DNA of 59,171 bases from Candidatus Eiseniibacteriota bacterium (GTDB lineage Bacteria; Eisenbacteria; RBG-16-71-46), in assembly GCA_041498315.1 (NCBI GenBank), contig JBGQIE010000002.1:1-59171 (forward strand), written 5' to 3'. The notes beneath the pieces are model-generated. The model ran no database searches. It was not told the origin of the DNA and saw only the letters and a list, made by a program, of their open reading frames with translations. Each line of letters begins with the position of its first letter. Position 1 is the first letter of the stretch. Positions 9,303 through 17,128 of this stretch are shown piece after piece. Both the position numbers and the translations under genes were made by a program.

Positions 9303-10622
9303 TCAGGCCCGCAGCAGCTCGAACACCTCGGCGTTGGTCTTGCAGCGGGTGAGCAGCTCGAGCAGCTTGGTCATCGCCTCCTGGGTCTGGAGCCCCGCGA
9401 GCCCGCGGCGGAGCAGGTGGAGACGCGGCACGATGTCGGCCGGGTAGAGCTTCTCCTCCTTGCGCGTGCCGCTCCTCTGGATGTCGATCGCCGGGTAGAT
9501 GCGGCGCTCGGCCAGCTCGCGCGACAGGTAGATCTCGCTGTTCCCGGTGCCCTTGAACTCCTCGAAGATGATCTGGTCCATGCGCGAGCCGGTGTCGATG
9601 AGCGCGGTGCCGAGGATCGTGAGCGAGCCGCCGCCCTCGATCTTGCGCGCGGCCCCGAAGATCTGGCGCGGCGACTGCATCGCCTGGGAGTCGAGCCCGC
9701 CCGACATCGTGCGTCCGCTGCCCTCCGAGCCCGCATTGTAGGCACGCGCGAGCCGGGTGATCGAGTCGAGCAGCAGCACGACGTCCTTGCCTTCGAGGAC
9801 CAGGCTCGCGACCACCTCCATCGCGTGCTCGGTCGTGTCGATGTGCTCCTGGATGGTCATGTCGCTCGAGGCCGCGATGACGGTCGCCGGCGTGTTGCGC
9901 TTGAAGTCGGTGACCTCCTCGGGGCGCTCGTCGACGAGCAGCGCGTACACGGCCACCTCGGGATGGTTGTACGAGATCGAAGCGGCGATGCTCTGGAGGA
10001 TGCGGGTCTTGCCGGCCTTGGGAGGAGAGACGATCAGGCAGCGCTGGCCGCGGCCGAGCGGGGCGATGATGTCGATGGCCCGTCCGGTGATGCGATCCCC
10101 GTAGGGCGGGTCACCCTTGCCGGGCGGCAGCTCGAGGATGAAGCGCTCGGTGGGGTCGAGCGCCGCGCCGATCTGCTGCATGTCGCGCAGGATCTCGAGC
10201 CCGCGGTGCCGGTCGCCGCCGTTCGAGCGGCCGGGCTCCCCGCGCCCGCGGCCCCGCCTCCGTCCTCCCGGTCCCGGGGGCCGGCCCATCGCCGGCGCGC
10301 CGTGGTTGTTCCCGTAGGGCTGTGGCGGAATGTTGTTGAGCGGCCGGCTGTTGCCGCGGGGCCGGCGGCGGCGGCGGCGGCTGCCCCCGGGCTGCATCGG
10401 TGGCTGGGACTGCGGTTGCGGCGCGTCCGAATACGCCGCGGCGTCGGGCGATCCACCCGGCGCGGACGTCATGGGCCCGCGCGGGCGGCGTCGACGTGAT
10501 CTCATGTGTGGTCCTTGCTGTGCCTCGTCGCCGCGGCGCCGGAAGGAAGCAAGGCGGGCGCGGACAAGCGGAAGCGGGGTGTCGGTCGGAAGCGGATTCG
10601 TGCTCACGCGCCGGCCGGGCAT
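9303..10622 (-). CDS. rho: Transcription termination factor Rho, atypical N-terminus
   Basis: The C-terminal ~290 aa are collinear with the Rho ATPase (PLGRGQRCLIVSPPKAGKT, LLVDERPEEVTDF, LLLDSITRLARAYN, GGGSLTILGTALIDTGSRMDQIIFEEFKGTGNSEIYLSRELAERRIYPAIDIQRSGTRKEE). The start is uncertain: ATG at 10622 (GGAG 7 nt upstream) or ATG at 10505 (AAGGA 6 nt upstream). Confidence 0.9.
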   Translation of the reverse strand: MPGRRVSTNPLPTDTPLPLVRARLASFRRRGDEAQQGPHMRSRRRRPRGPMTSAPGGSPDAAAYSDAPQPQSQPPMQPGGSRRRRRRPRGNSRPLNNIPPQPYGNNHGAPAMGRPPGPGGRRRGRGRGEPGRSNGGDRHRGLEILRDMQQIGAALDPTERFILELPPGKGDPPYGDRITGRAIDIIAPLGRGQRCLIVSPPKAGKTRILQSIAASISYNHPEVAVYALLVDERPEEVTDFKRNTPATVIAASSDMTIQEHIDTTEHAMEVVASLVLEGKDVVLLLDSITRLARAYNAGSEGSGRTMSGGLDSQAMQSPRQIFGAARKIEGGGSLTILGTALIDTGSRMDQIIFEEFKGTGNSEIYLSRELAERRIYPAIDIQRSGTRKEEKLYPADIVPRLHLLRRGLAGLQTQEAMTKLLELLTRCKTNAEVFELLRA

Positions 10623-10962
10623 CCGGAGGCTCCGGCGACTGGCCGGCCTCCAGCTCTCTCAACCCATTGCATCCTCGCCAGCCGGAACTCTGAACTTCCC
10701 GGCGGGGGCGGGGTGACGCTCTCGGTCACCACCTCGATCGGGAGGCGACGGCGGGGCGAACGTCCACGACGTCCGGCGCCTGATTCCGCCACCCAAGGCG
10801 TGCGCGAGCATTATCACCGCGCGCGGGCGCAATGTCCAGCGGGGGAAACAGCGCTGCCCGGCCCGGCCCGGGGGCCGCCCTCCGTCGTGGGTCCCCATAC
10901 TTCGCCCCACTCGTGGGGCGGCCCCCGGGCCGGGCCGTGCAGCGCTGTCTAGACGATGCCAT

Positions 10963-11514
10963 CTAGCGCTTGCCGCCGTGCCATTCGGTCTCGGCGACCT
11001 CGGCGCGTCGGTTGCACCAGCGCGCCATGACGAACAGCAGGTCGGCGAGCCGGTTGAGATAGCGCACCAGGACGGGCTCGACGGGCTCTTCGCGCCGCAG
11101 CTCGACCAGCCGGCGTTCCGCCCGCCGGCACACGGTGCGCGCCAGGTGGAGCTGGACCGCGAGCAGCGAGCCCGCCGGCAGGACGAAGTTCTTGAGCGGC
11201 GGCAGCTCCGCATCGAGGCGGTCGATCAGGCGCTCGAGGGCGGCGACGTCCGCATCTCCGATGCGATCGAGGTTCGCGAGCATCCCGGGGTCCGCCGCCG
11301 CCAGCTCGGCGCCCAGCGCGAACAGTCGCGACTGGAGCGCCTCGAAATCGGCGGCGAGCCAGCCGGCAGCGTCGTGCGCGCGCGCCACGCCCAGCGCGGC
11401 GTTGAGCTCGTCCACGCTCCCGTAGGCCTCGACCCGCGGCGCGCACTTGAGCACGCGGCCGGGCCCCAGCAGGCCGGTGGTGCCGTCGTCGCCGGTGCGG
11501 GTGTAGATCTTCAT
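10963..11514 (-). CDS. ATP:cob(I)alamin adenosyltransferase, PduO type
   Basis: MKIYTRTGDDGTTGLLGPGRV...YGSVDELNAALG... is the PduO/MMAB N-terminal signature. 183 aa from the ATG at 11514; the track ORF is over-extended to 11724. Confidence 0.9.
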   Translation of the reverse strand: MKIYTRTGDDGTTGLLGPGRVLKCAPRVEAYGSVDELNAALGVARAHDAAGWLAADFEALQSRLFALGAELAAADPGMLANLDRIGDADVAALERLIDRLDAELPPLKNFVLPAGSLLAVQLHLARTVCRRAERRLVELRREEPVEPVLVRYLNRLADLLFVMARWCNRRAEVAETEWHGGKR

Positions 11515-11525
11515 GGCGGCGGAGT

Positions 11526-11990
11526 CTAGCCCAGGGTCCCTTTCTTGAGCAGCGCGATCTGGCCGGCGTGGTAGATGCCATGCTGCGCCGCGCCGTGGGC
11601 GAGGACGTACGCGGAGTACGACTCGCCGGCCGCGCGCCGCTCGAGGGCGGCTTCGGTCAGGTTGGCGATCGCGCGCGCGGCTTCGCGGTGCCGGCGCTCG
11701 AGCAGCCGCAGCGCCCGCCGCCACGCGGCGGCCGAGCGCCCACCCACCGCCGGCCAGTCCTGGGCGGGCGTGGGCGACGTCGGCTCGCCCGCCAGCCGGC
11801 GCGCGGCCACGTGCTCCCAGGCGGCGATGTGAAGCACGACCTCCCAGATCGAATGCGCGCCCGCGACCGGCCGCGCCGCGGCGCGCCGCGCGCTAACGCC
11901 CTGCAGCACCTCGAACACGGCCGGGCCATGCCAGGCGGGGCCGGCGAAGGCCCGGGCGTGCTGGTCCTTGATCCGCTCGACTTCCCGCAT
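11526..11990 (-). CDS. DinB-family (DinB_2) four-helix-bundle protein
   Basis: MREVERIKDQHARAF...WEVVLHIAAWEHVAARRL...LAHGAAQHGIYHAGQIALLKK shows the conserved His triad pattern. GGAGGAGG lies upstream of the ATG at 11990. Confidence 0.8.
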   Translation of the reverse strand: MREVERIKDQHARAFAGPAWHGPAVFEVLQGVSARRAAARPVAGAHSIWEVVLHIAAWEHVAARRLAGEPTSPTPAQDWPAVGGRSAAAWRRALRLLERRHREAARAIANLTEAALERRAAGESYSAYVLAHGAAQHGIYHAGQIALLKKGTLG

Positions 11991-12106
11991 CGATTCCTCC
12001 TCCCCCTTAGTCCCACCCGCGCGCCGCGCCCGCTTGCCAGTCCGGGCGCGGTGCGGCATGATACATCCCCTTTATCGCCATCGACTCACTCCACTGCGCG
12101 GAGCTC

Positions 12107-14851
12107 ATGGGCTTTCGGGACCAACTCTCGGCCGTCCTGCGCGGCGATCTCGCCGCGGACCTCACCCCAGAAGCGCGCGAACAGCTCGAAAGTCTCGTCC
12201 ACGACGCCCAGGCCGAAGGCGAGGTCGTGTTCGTGCGCAACGAGTGCGCCGGCCGCACCCGCCAGGCCGGCGCCTCGCCCGGAGTCGAGTACCTGCTCGC
12301 CGCCGCCTGCGCCCTGAACGGCGAGGTCGAGCGGGCGAGCCAGACGCTGCTCGCGCTGGGCGAGAAGCTGGCCGCGGCGAAGCGCTGGGAGCCGCTCGCC
12401 GCCGTCGCGGAGCGGGCGCTCGCGCTCGAGGAGACGCACGCGGCCGCCCGCCTGCTGGTGCGGGCCCACGAGGGCCTGGGCCAGGAGCCGGCCCGGATCG
12501 AGGCGCTCGAGCGCGCCTGGGGGCTCATGCCCGACGATCTCGAGCTCGGACTCAAGCTCGCCGTGCGCCTCGGCGACTCGGGCGAGGGGGACCGGCGGCG
12601 GGCGCTGCTCACCGAGCTCATTCCGCGCTTCGCCGAGCAGTCCCAGTTCGCGGGGCTCGAAGAGGCGGCGCTCGAGTTCGTCGAGCACCACGAGATCGAC
12701 GGACTGGTCAAGCTCCTGCGCACGCTGCCCAGAGTGGCCGAGCAGGGCGCGCTCAGGGAGTGCCAGCAGCTGCTCGCGATCGGCTTTCCCGAGGTCGCGC
12801 GCGCGGGCCGCGCCGGGGAGGGCCACATCGCGCTGCGCGAGACCGTGGCGATCGCGATCGAGCGCGAGGGGCCGGCGGCGGGCGAGCCGTTCCGCGACGC
12901 GCTGGTCGAGTCGCTGCGCCAGGGGCCGGGGCGCGAGTGCCCCGAGCCCGAGCCGGTCCTGTTGGCCTCGGGGGTCGCCGACCGCACGAAGCCGCTGCTC
13001 CCGGCGCTCGAGCGCTTCGATCTCATCGTGGCCCTGCCGCCCGGGCGCGCCGTCCACCACGACTCCTTCGGCGCGGGGCGCGTGGCCTCGAACGACGGCG
13101 AGACCGTGCTCATCGACTTCGCCCACGCGCGCGGGCACAAGATGCCCTACGCCGCGGCGCGCCGCACGCTGACCCTGCTGCCCGAGGACGATCTGCGCCT
13201 GCTGCGCATCGCCCGGCCCGAGGAGTTCAAGCGCCTGCTCGCCGACGAGCCCGCCGAGATCCTGGCGCGCGCGCTCAAGGCGCTCGCGGGCGCCGCCGAC
13301 GCGCAGAAGCTCAAGGTGTTCCTGGTGGGCACGGGCCTGATCCCGGCCACGGAGTGGACCGCGTTTTGGCGCCGCGCCCGCGCCGGGGCCGCCCGGCACC
13401 CGGGCATCGACCACGCGCGCGCCTTCGAGCAGCACTACCGCCTGACCCCCGCGCCCACCGCCACGGCGGCGTCCGAGTCCGGAGCCGGGCCGGTCACGAC
13501 GCCGCTGCCCGCGCTCGAGCCGCGCAAGTCCGTGAAGTCGAACCTCCAGAAGCTGCGCAAGTTCCTCACCCAGCATCCGCAGGCCGAGGCCGCGCTCGCC
13601 CAGCGCTTCGGCAAGTTCGTGCTGCGCGCGATGACCGACGAGGAGGGCGATCGCGCCGACCGCGCGCGCGCCGGGCTCTACGCCGCGCGCTGGTTCCCGG
13701 AGCGCGCCGGGGAGTGGGCGGTCGTCCTCCAGCGGCTGTGGGACCAGGGCCTCGCGATCACCGATCTCGCGAACGAGGACGAGCAGCTCGCCGTGCTCGA
13801 GGCGTCGCACGCCGCGGGCGTGGATGCCGACGCCATCCTCTCGGCGCTCGACTCGCGGTTCTCGGCGGTCCAGGCGGTCGCGCAGGGCATCCGCGACGCG
13901 CTCGACGAGGGCGGGCGCGCGCAGCTGCGGCGCACCCTGCTGGTCCATGCCGCGCGCTACCCCTCGGCCGCGCTGCGGCTGATCGAGGAGGCGGTCGGCG
14001 ACCCCGCCGGCCTCCCGGGGGTGAGCGGCTGGCTGGTGCTGTGGTCGGCGCTGGCGCTCATCGAGGAGCGCCCCAAGCCCTCGGTGGCCGACAAGGTGCT
14101 GCGCTGGCTCGAGCCCGAGGGGGCGTTCGACCGCCTGCTCGCGGGCACGGAGTGCCCCACCGAGATCCGGCTCAAGGTCCGCGTCCTGCTGCGCCAGTGG
14201 CGATCGAGCGACCGCTTCCTGTTCCCGGCGCTCGACGGGCTCCAGCGGATGGGGCTGGGCGACGAGGCCGAATCCCTGCGGGCGCACCGGCAGCGGCGCG
14301 CCGACAAGCTGTTCGACCGGGTCGGCCAGCAGGTCGAGGAGGTCGAGGCGCCGATCATGACGCGCGCCACGTGGGAGAGGCTCCAGCACGAGCTCGACCG
14401 TCTCGAGAAGGAGCTGCGGACGACCATCCCGGCCACGATCCAGAAGGCGCGCGAGCTCGGCGACCTCAAGGAGAACGCGGAATATCACTCCGCCAAGCTC
14501 AAGCAGGCCAACGTGAGCAAGCTGGTCGCGGCACTCCAGCTGCGATTGGCGCGCGCGCGCTTCGTGGACGACATGGAGCATCGCGACGGCATCGTGGGCC
14601 TGGGGGCGGAGGTCGTGCTCGAGAGCGACACCGACGTTCAGACCTGGTGGATCCTCGGGGACAGCGAGCATCATCACGGCTCGCACGTCGTGTCGTTCCA
14701 GGCGCCGGTGGGACGCGCGCTCATGGGGCGCGCGATCGGCGACGATGTCGTCCTGGGCGAGGGCGCTCAGAGTCGCCGCTACCGCATCGTGTCGATCGAG
14801 CGCAAGTTGCCGCCGAAGGAATCGGAGACGGCCGAAGAATCACACGGCTGA
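12107..14851 (+). CDS. Large GreA/GreB-family protein: ~750-aa N-terminal extension fused to a C-terminal GreA module
   Basis: The last ~165 aa (from 14357) read MTRATWERLQHELDRLEKELRTTIPATIQKARELGDLKENAEYHSAKLKQ...VSFQAPVGRALMGRAIGDDVVL, which is the GreA coiled coil plus FKBP-like domain. The upstream part is helical repeats plus a small FGAGRVASNDGETVLIDFAH segment. Confidence 0.8.
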   Translation: MGFRDQLSAVLRGDLAADLTPEAREQLESLVHDAQAEGEVVFVRNECAGRTRQAGASPGVEYLLAAACALNGEVERASQTLLALGEKLAAAKRWEPLAAVAERALALEETHAAARLLVRAHEGLGQEPARIEALERAWGLMPDDLELGLKLAVRLGDSGEGDRRRALLTELIPRFAEQSQFAGLEEAALEFVEHHEIDGLVKLLRTLPRVAEQGALRECQQLLAIGFPEVARAGRAGEGHIALRETVAIAIEREGPAAGEPFRDALVESLRQGPGRECPEPEPVLLASGVADRTKPLLPALERFDLIVALPPGRAVHHDSFGAGRVASNDGETVLIDFAHARGHKMPYAAARRTLTLLPEDDLRLLRIARPEEFKRLLADEPAEILARALKALAGAADAQKLKVFLVGTGLIPATEWTAFWRRARAGAARHPGIDHARAFEQHYRLTPAPTATAASESGAGPVTTPLPALEPRKSVKSNLQKLRKFLTQHPQAEAALAQRFGKFVLRAMTDEEGDRADRARAGLYAARWFPERAGEWAVVLQRLWDQGLAITDLANEDEQLAVLEASHAAGVDADAILSALDSRFSAVQAVAQGIRDALDEGGRAQLRRTLLVHAARYPSAALRLIEEAVGDPAGLPGVSGWLVLWSALALIEERPKPSVADKVLRWLEPEGAFDRLLAGTECPTEIRLKVRVLLRQWRSSDRFLFPALDGLQRMGLGDEAESLRAHRQRRADKLFDRVGQQVEEVEAPIMTRATWERLQHELDRLEKELRTTIPATIQKARELGDLKENAEYHSAKLKQANVSKLVAALQLRLARARFVDDMEHRDGIVGLGAEVVLESDTDVQTWWILGDSEHHHGSHVVSFQAPVGRALMGRAIGDDVVLGEGAQSRRYRIVSIERKLPPKESETAEESHG

Positions 14852-15226
14852 ATCCGAATCGGCGCGCCGATGTCAAGCCCGCACTAAAGCATACAAAAGT
14901 CTCTGCGCACGCCGAGCAATTTTCCTTGGGCCCGCCCGGGGTTCACGCTATGGTGCTCGACGCTGTTCAGCCGCTCGCGCTGCGCGACGGGAATCGCCGC
15001 CGCGAGCTTCGGCGATCGATGGTGGACGACGATTCTCGGCTGGCCTGCGTGCGGACCGGATCCGTGCCCAGGCCCCGTGGGCGGCGAAGACATTGAAGTT
15101 TGGCCGCATCGACAGCGGTGACCCTTGTGTCGCCGTCTCGGTTGGGTCGGAAAGGGATTTCCCGCCGCCCACCTTTCGGTTCGGAGTCCAGGTCCCGTCC
15201 CGGGACCCGGTGACTCGGAGACCCCA

Positions 15227-15913
15227 TTGACGCTCCAGGCGCGCACTCAAGGACTGAGTCTGACCGTCGAAGAATCCCTGCGGGGCGTGCTGGCGCTGGG
15301 ACTGCTCGAGGCGGAGGGCGTCGAGATGGAGCCCGTGCCGCCCGAGTTCGAGCGCGAGCGCGACGAGCTGGTCGCGCGCCTGAGCGCCCAGTACGCGGGC
15401 CGCGCCCCCGCGGACATCCCGGGGGTCGCCGAGACCCGCGCGCTGTTCCACCAGCTCGACATCGATCCCACCAAGACGCGCCCAAGCAGCGAGGCCCTGC
15501 TGCGCCGCGTGCTCCAGGGCAAGGGGTTGCCGCGGGTCAACCTGGCCGTGGACGTGTGCAACCTGAGCTCGCTCGAGCACCAGATTCCGCTCGGCCTCTA
15601 CGATCGGGACCAGGTGCGCGGGGCGGTGCGGGTGCGCGTGGGCCAGGAGGCCGAAGGCTACCCGGGGATCCGCAAGCAGCGCGTCAACCTCGCCGGCCGG
15701 CTGCTGCTCGCCGACGACGAGGGTCCGTTCGGCGCGCCGACCTCGGACTCGGCGCGCACCGCGGTCTCGGCCCGCACGCGGCGTCTGCTGGTCGTGCTGT
15801 TCTGCCCGGTCGAGCGCGCCGACCGCCAGTTGTCGGCGACGCTCGAGCACATCGCCAACCTGCTGACGCGCTTCTGCGCGGCGGGCGTCAGCGCCGTCCA
15901 GGTCGTGCAGTAG
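15227..15913 (+). CDS. B3/B4 tRNA-binding-domain protein (PheT B3_4-like)
   Basis: ...IPGVAETRALFHQLDIDPTKTRPSSEALLRRVLQGKGLPRVNLAVDVCNLSSLEHQIPLGLYD...GPFGAPTSDSARTAV is the B3_4 pattern. I chose the TTG start at 15227 (GGAG 6 nt upstream); the track's upstream extension to 15125 has no support. Confidence 0.72.
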   Translation: MTLQARTQGLSLTVEESLRGVLALGLLEAEGVEMEPVPPEFERERDELVARLSAQYAGRAPADIPGVAETRALFHQLDIDPTKTRPSSEALLRRVLQGKGLPRVNLAVDVCNLSSLEHQIPLGLYDRDQVRGAVRVRVGQEAEGYPGIRKQRVNLAGRLLLADDEGPFGAPTSDSARTAVSARTRRLLVVLFCPVERADRQLSATLEHIANLLTRFCAAGVSAVQVVQ

Positions 15914-15959
15914 CCGCGGCGTCACCCATGGACACACCATCCCCCGCAAGGAGGCGTTC

Positions 15960-16505
15960 ATGATGAAAACGATCGTGCTGCTCGCCGTGCTGGCCGTCGC
16001 GCTGAGCGCGGCGACCGCGGGCGCGGTGGGCATCGGCATCGAGCCGTTCGCCGGGCTGAGCTACCCCGTCCTTCAGGATGACCGCACCCAGGGATCGATC
16101 TGGGGCTTCCGCGTGCCGGTCAGCGTCGTCCCGCTCCTGACCGTCGAGCCCTACTACTCGTCGGCGAGCTACGGCGACAAGACGATCACGACGATCGCCG
16201 GCTCGAGCACCCGTGACGGCGGCAAGGTGTCCGCCTGGGGCGTCAACCTGCTGCTCTCGGCCGGCGGGCCGGCCTTCAAGTTCTTTCCCTACATCGGGCT
16301 GGGCTCGAACAAGGACGAGCGGGCGGCGACCGCCGACCTGACGAAGTCCGGCTACAACTTCGGGCTCGGCGTCGGCTTCGGGCTGCCCATGAAGCTCGGC
16401 GTCGACGTGCGCGGCGAGCTCCAGATGATCGTGGACGGTGATGTCTCCCGGAAGTTCGCGAACGCGACGGCCGGCGTGTCCTACCACTTCCTCTCGTTGC
16501 CCTAG
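15960..16505 (+). CDS. Small outer-membrane beta-barrel protein
   Basis: Signal peptide MMKTIVLLAVLAVALSAATAGA, followed by alternating hydrophobic beta-strand patterns and Gly/aromatic girdles (YNFGLGVGFGLP, ATAGVSYHF). AAGGAGG is upstream. Confidence 0.7.
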   Translation: MMKTIVLLAVLAVALSAATAGAVGIGIEPFAGLSYPVLQDDRTQGSIWGFRVPVSVVPLLTVEPYYSSASYGDKTITTIAGSSTRDGGKVSAWGVNLLLSAGGPAFKFFPYIGLGSNKDERAATADLTKSGYNFGLGVGFGLPMKLGVDVRGELQMIVDGDVSRKFANATAGVSYHFLSLP

Positions 16506-16514
16506 GGGGACGCC

Positions 16515-17057
16515 ATGATCCATCGCCTGCGGATGATTCTGCCCAGCCTCGCCCTCGCCCTCCTGACCGGCGCCGGCTGCGTGCTGGTCTCGGGCCAGTT
16601 CCTGGTCAAGCTGGAATTCGGAAACATCGCGGTCAACAGCGCCTCGAACGTCAACGGCTATTACGTCGACCTCGCGACCAACAGCACTTACAACGACCAC
16701 AAGAGCGACATCAAGTCGCTCGAGGACATCGCGCTGCTGGGCGCGGTGCACAACACCGGGGGCTCGAGCCTCACGTTGAGCGTCTACCTGCTCGACGGCA
16801 ACCCGGGCGCGATCTCCGCGGCGACCGTCACCTCGACCGGCATCCGGGTGTGGGGTCCGCTCACGGTCGCGGCCGGGGCCACCGAGAAGCTCGACTGGGA
16901 CCGCTCGGCCGCGCTGTTCGGGGCGGGCAAGACGCCGCTGTTCTCCCGCATCAAGAGCGGCGACAAGTTCACGCTCTACGCCGTCGGCAGCACCGCTCCG
17001 TTCACGTTCGATTTCAACAACGGGGTGCTCATCGCGGTGATCGGCGCCGGCAAGTAG
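16515..17057 (+). CDS. Probable lipoprotein, unknown function (partner of the upstream OM barrel)
   Basis: Starts 9 nt after the preceding stop. N-terminus MIHRLRMILPSLALALLTGAGC has a lipobox-like Cys. No recognisable family. Confidence 0.62.
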   Translation: MIHRLRMILPSLALALLTGAGCVLVSGQFLVKLEFGNIAVNSASNVNGYYVDLATNSTYNDHKSDIKSLEDIALLGAVHNTGGSSLTLSVYLLDGNPGAISAATVTSTGIRVWGPLTVAAGATEKLDWDRSAALFGAGKTPLFSRIKSGDKFTLYAVGSTAPFTFDFNNGVLIAVIGAGK

Positions 17058-17073
17058 CCGGAGGAACGCCTAA

Positions 17074-17106
17074 CGCCGGGCCGCGCGTCGCGCGACCCGG
17101 CGTTTT
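17074..17106. terminator. Hairpin between convergent genes (possible bidirectional terminator)
   Basis: CGCCGGGCCGCGCG-TC-GCGCGACCCGGCG (one mismatch), followed by TTTT on the + strand. Confidence 0.55.
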
Positions 17107-17128
17107 CATGGGTGCCCGGGGCGGTGCT

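Noticed and set aside
14852-15226. The 375-nt gap after the GreA-fusion gene, with a small hairpin GGTCCCG-TCC-CGGGACC (15191-15207), considered as an ncRNA or riboswitch.
   Set aside because: I recognised no conserved RNA-family motif by eye. The overlapping ORFs are unconvincing. It remains a plain intergenic region pending an Rfam scan.
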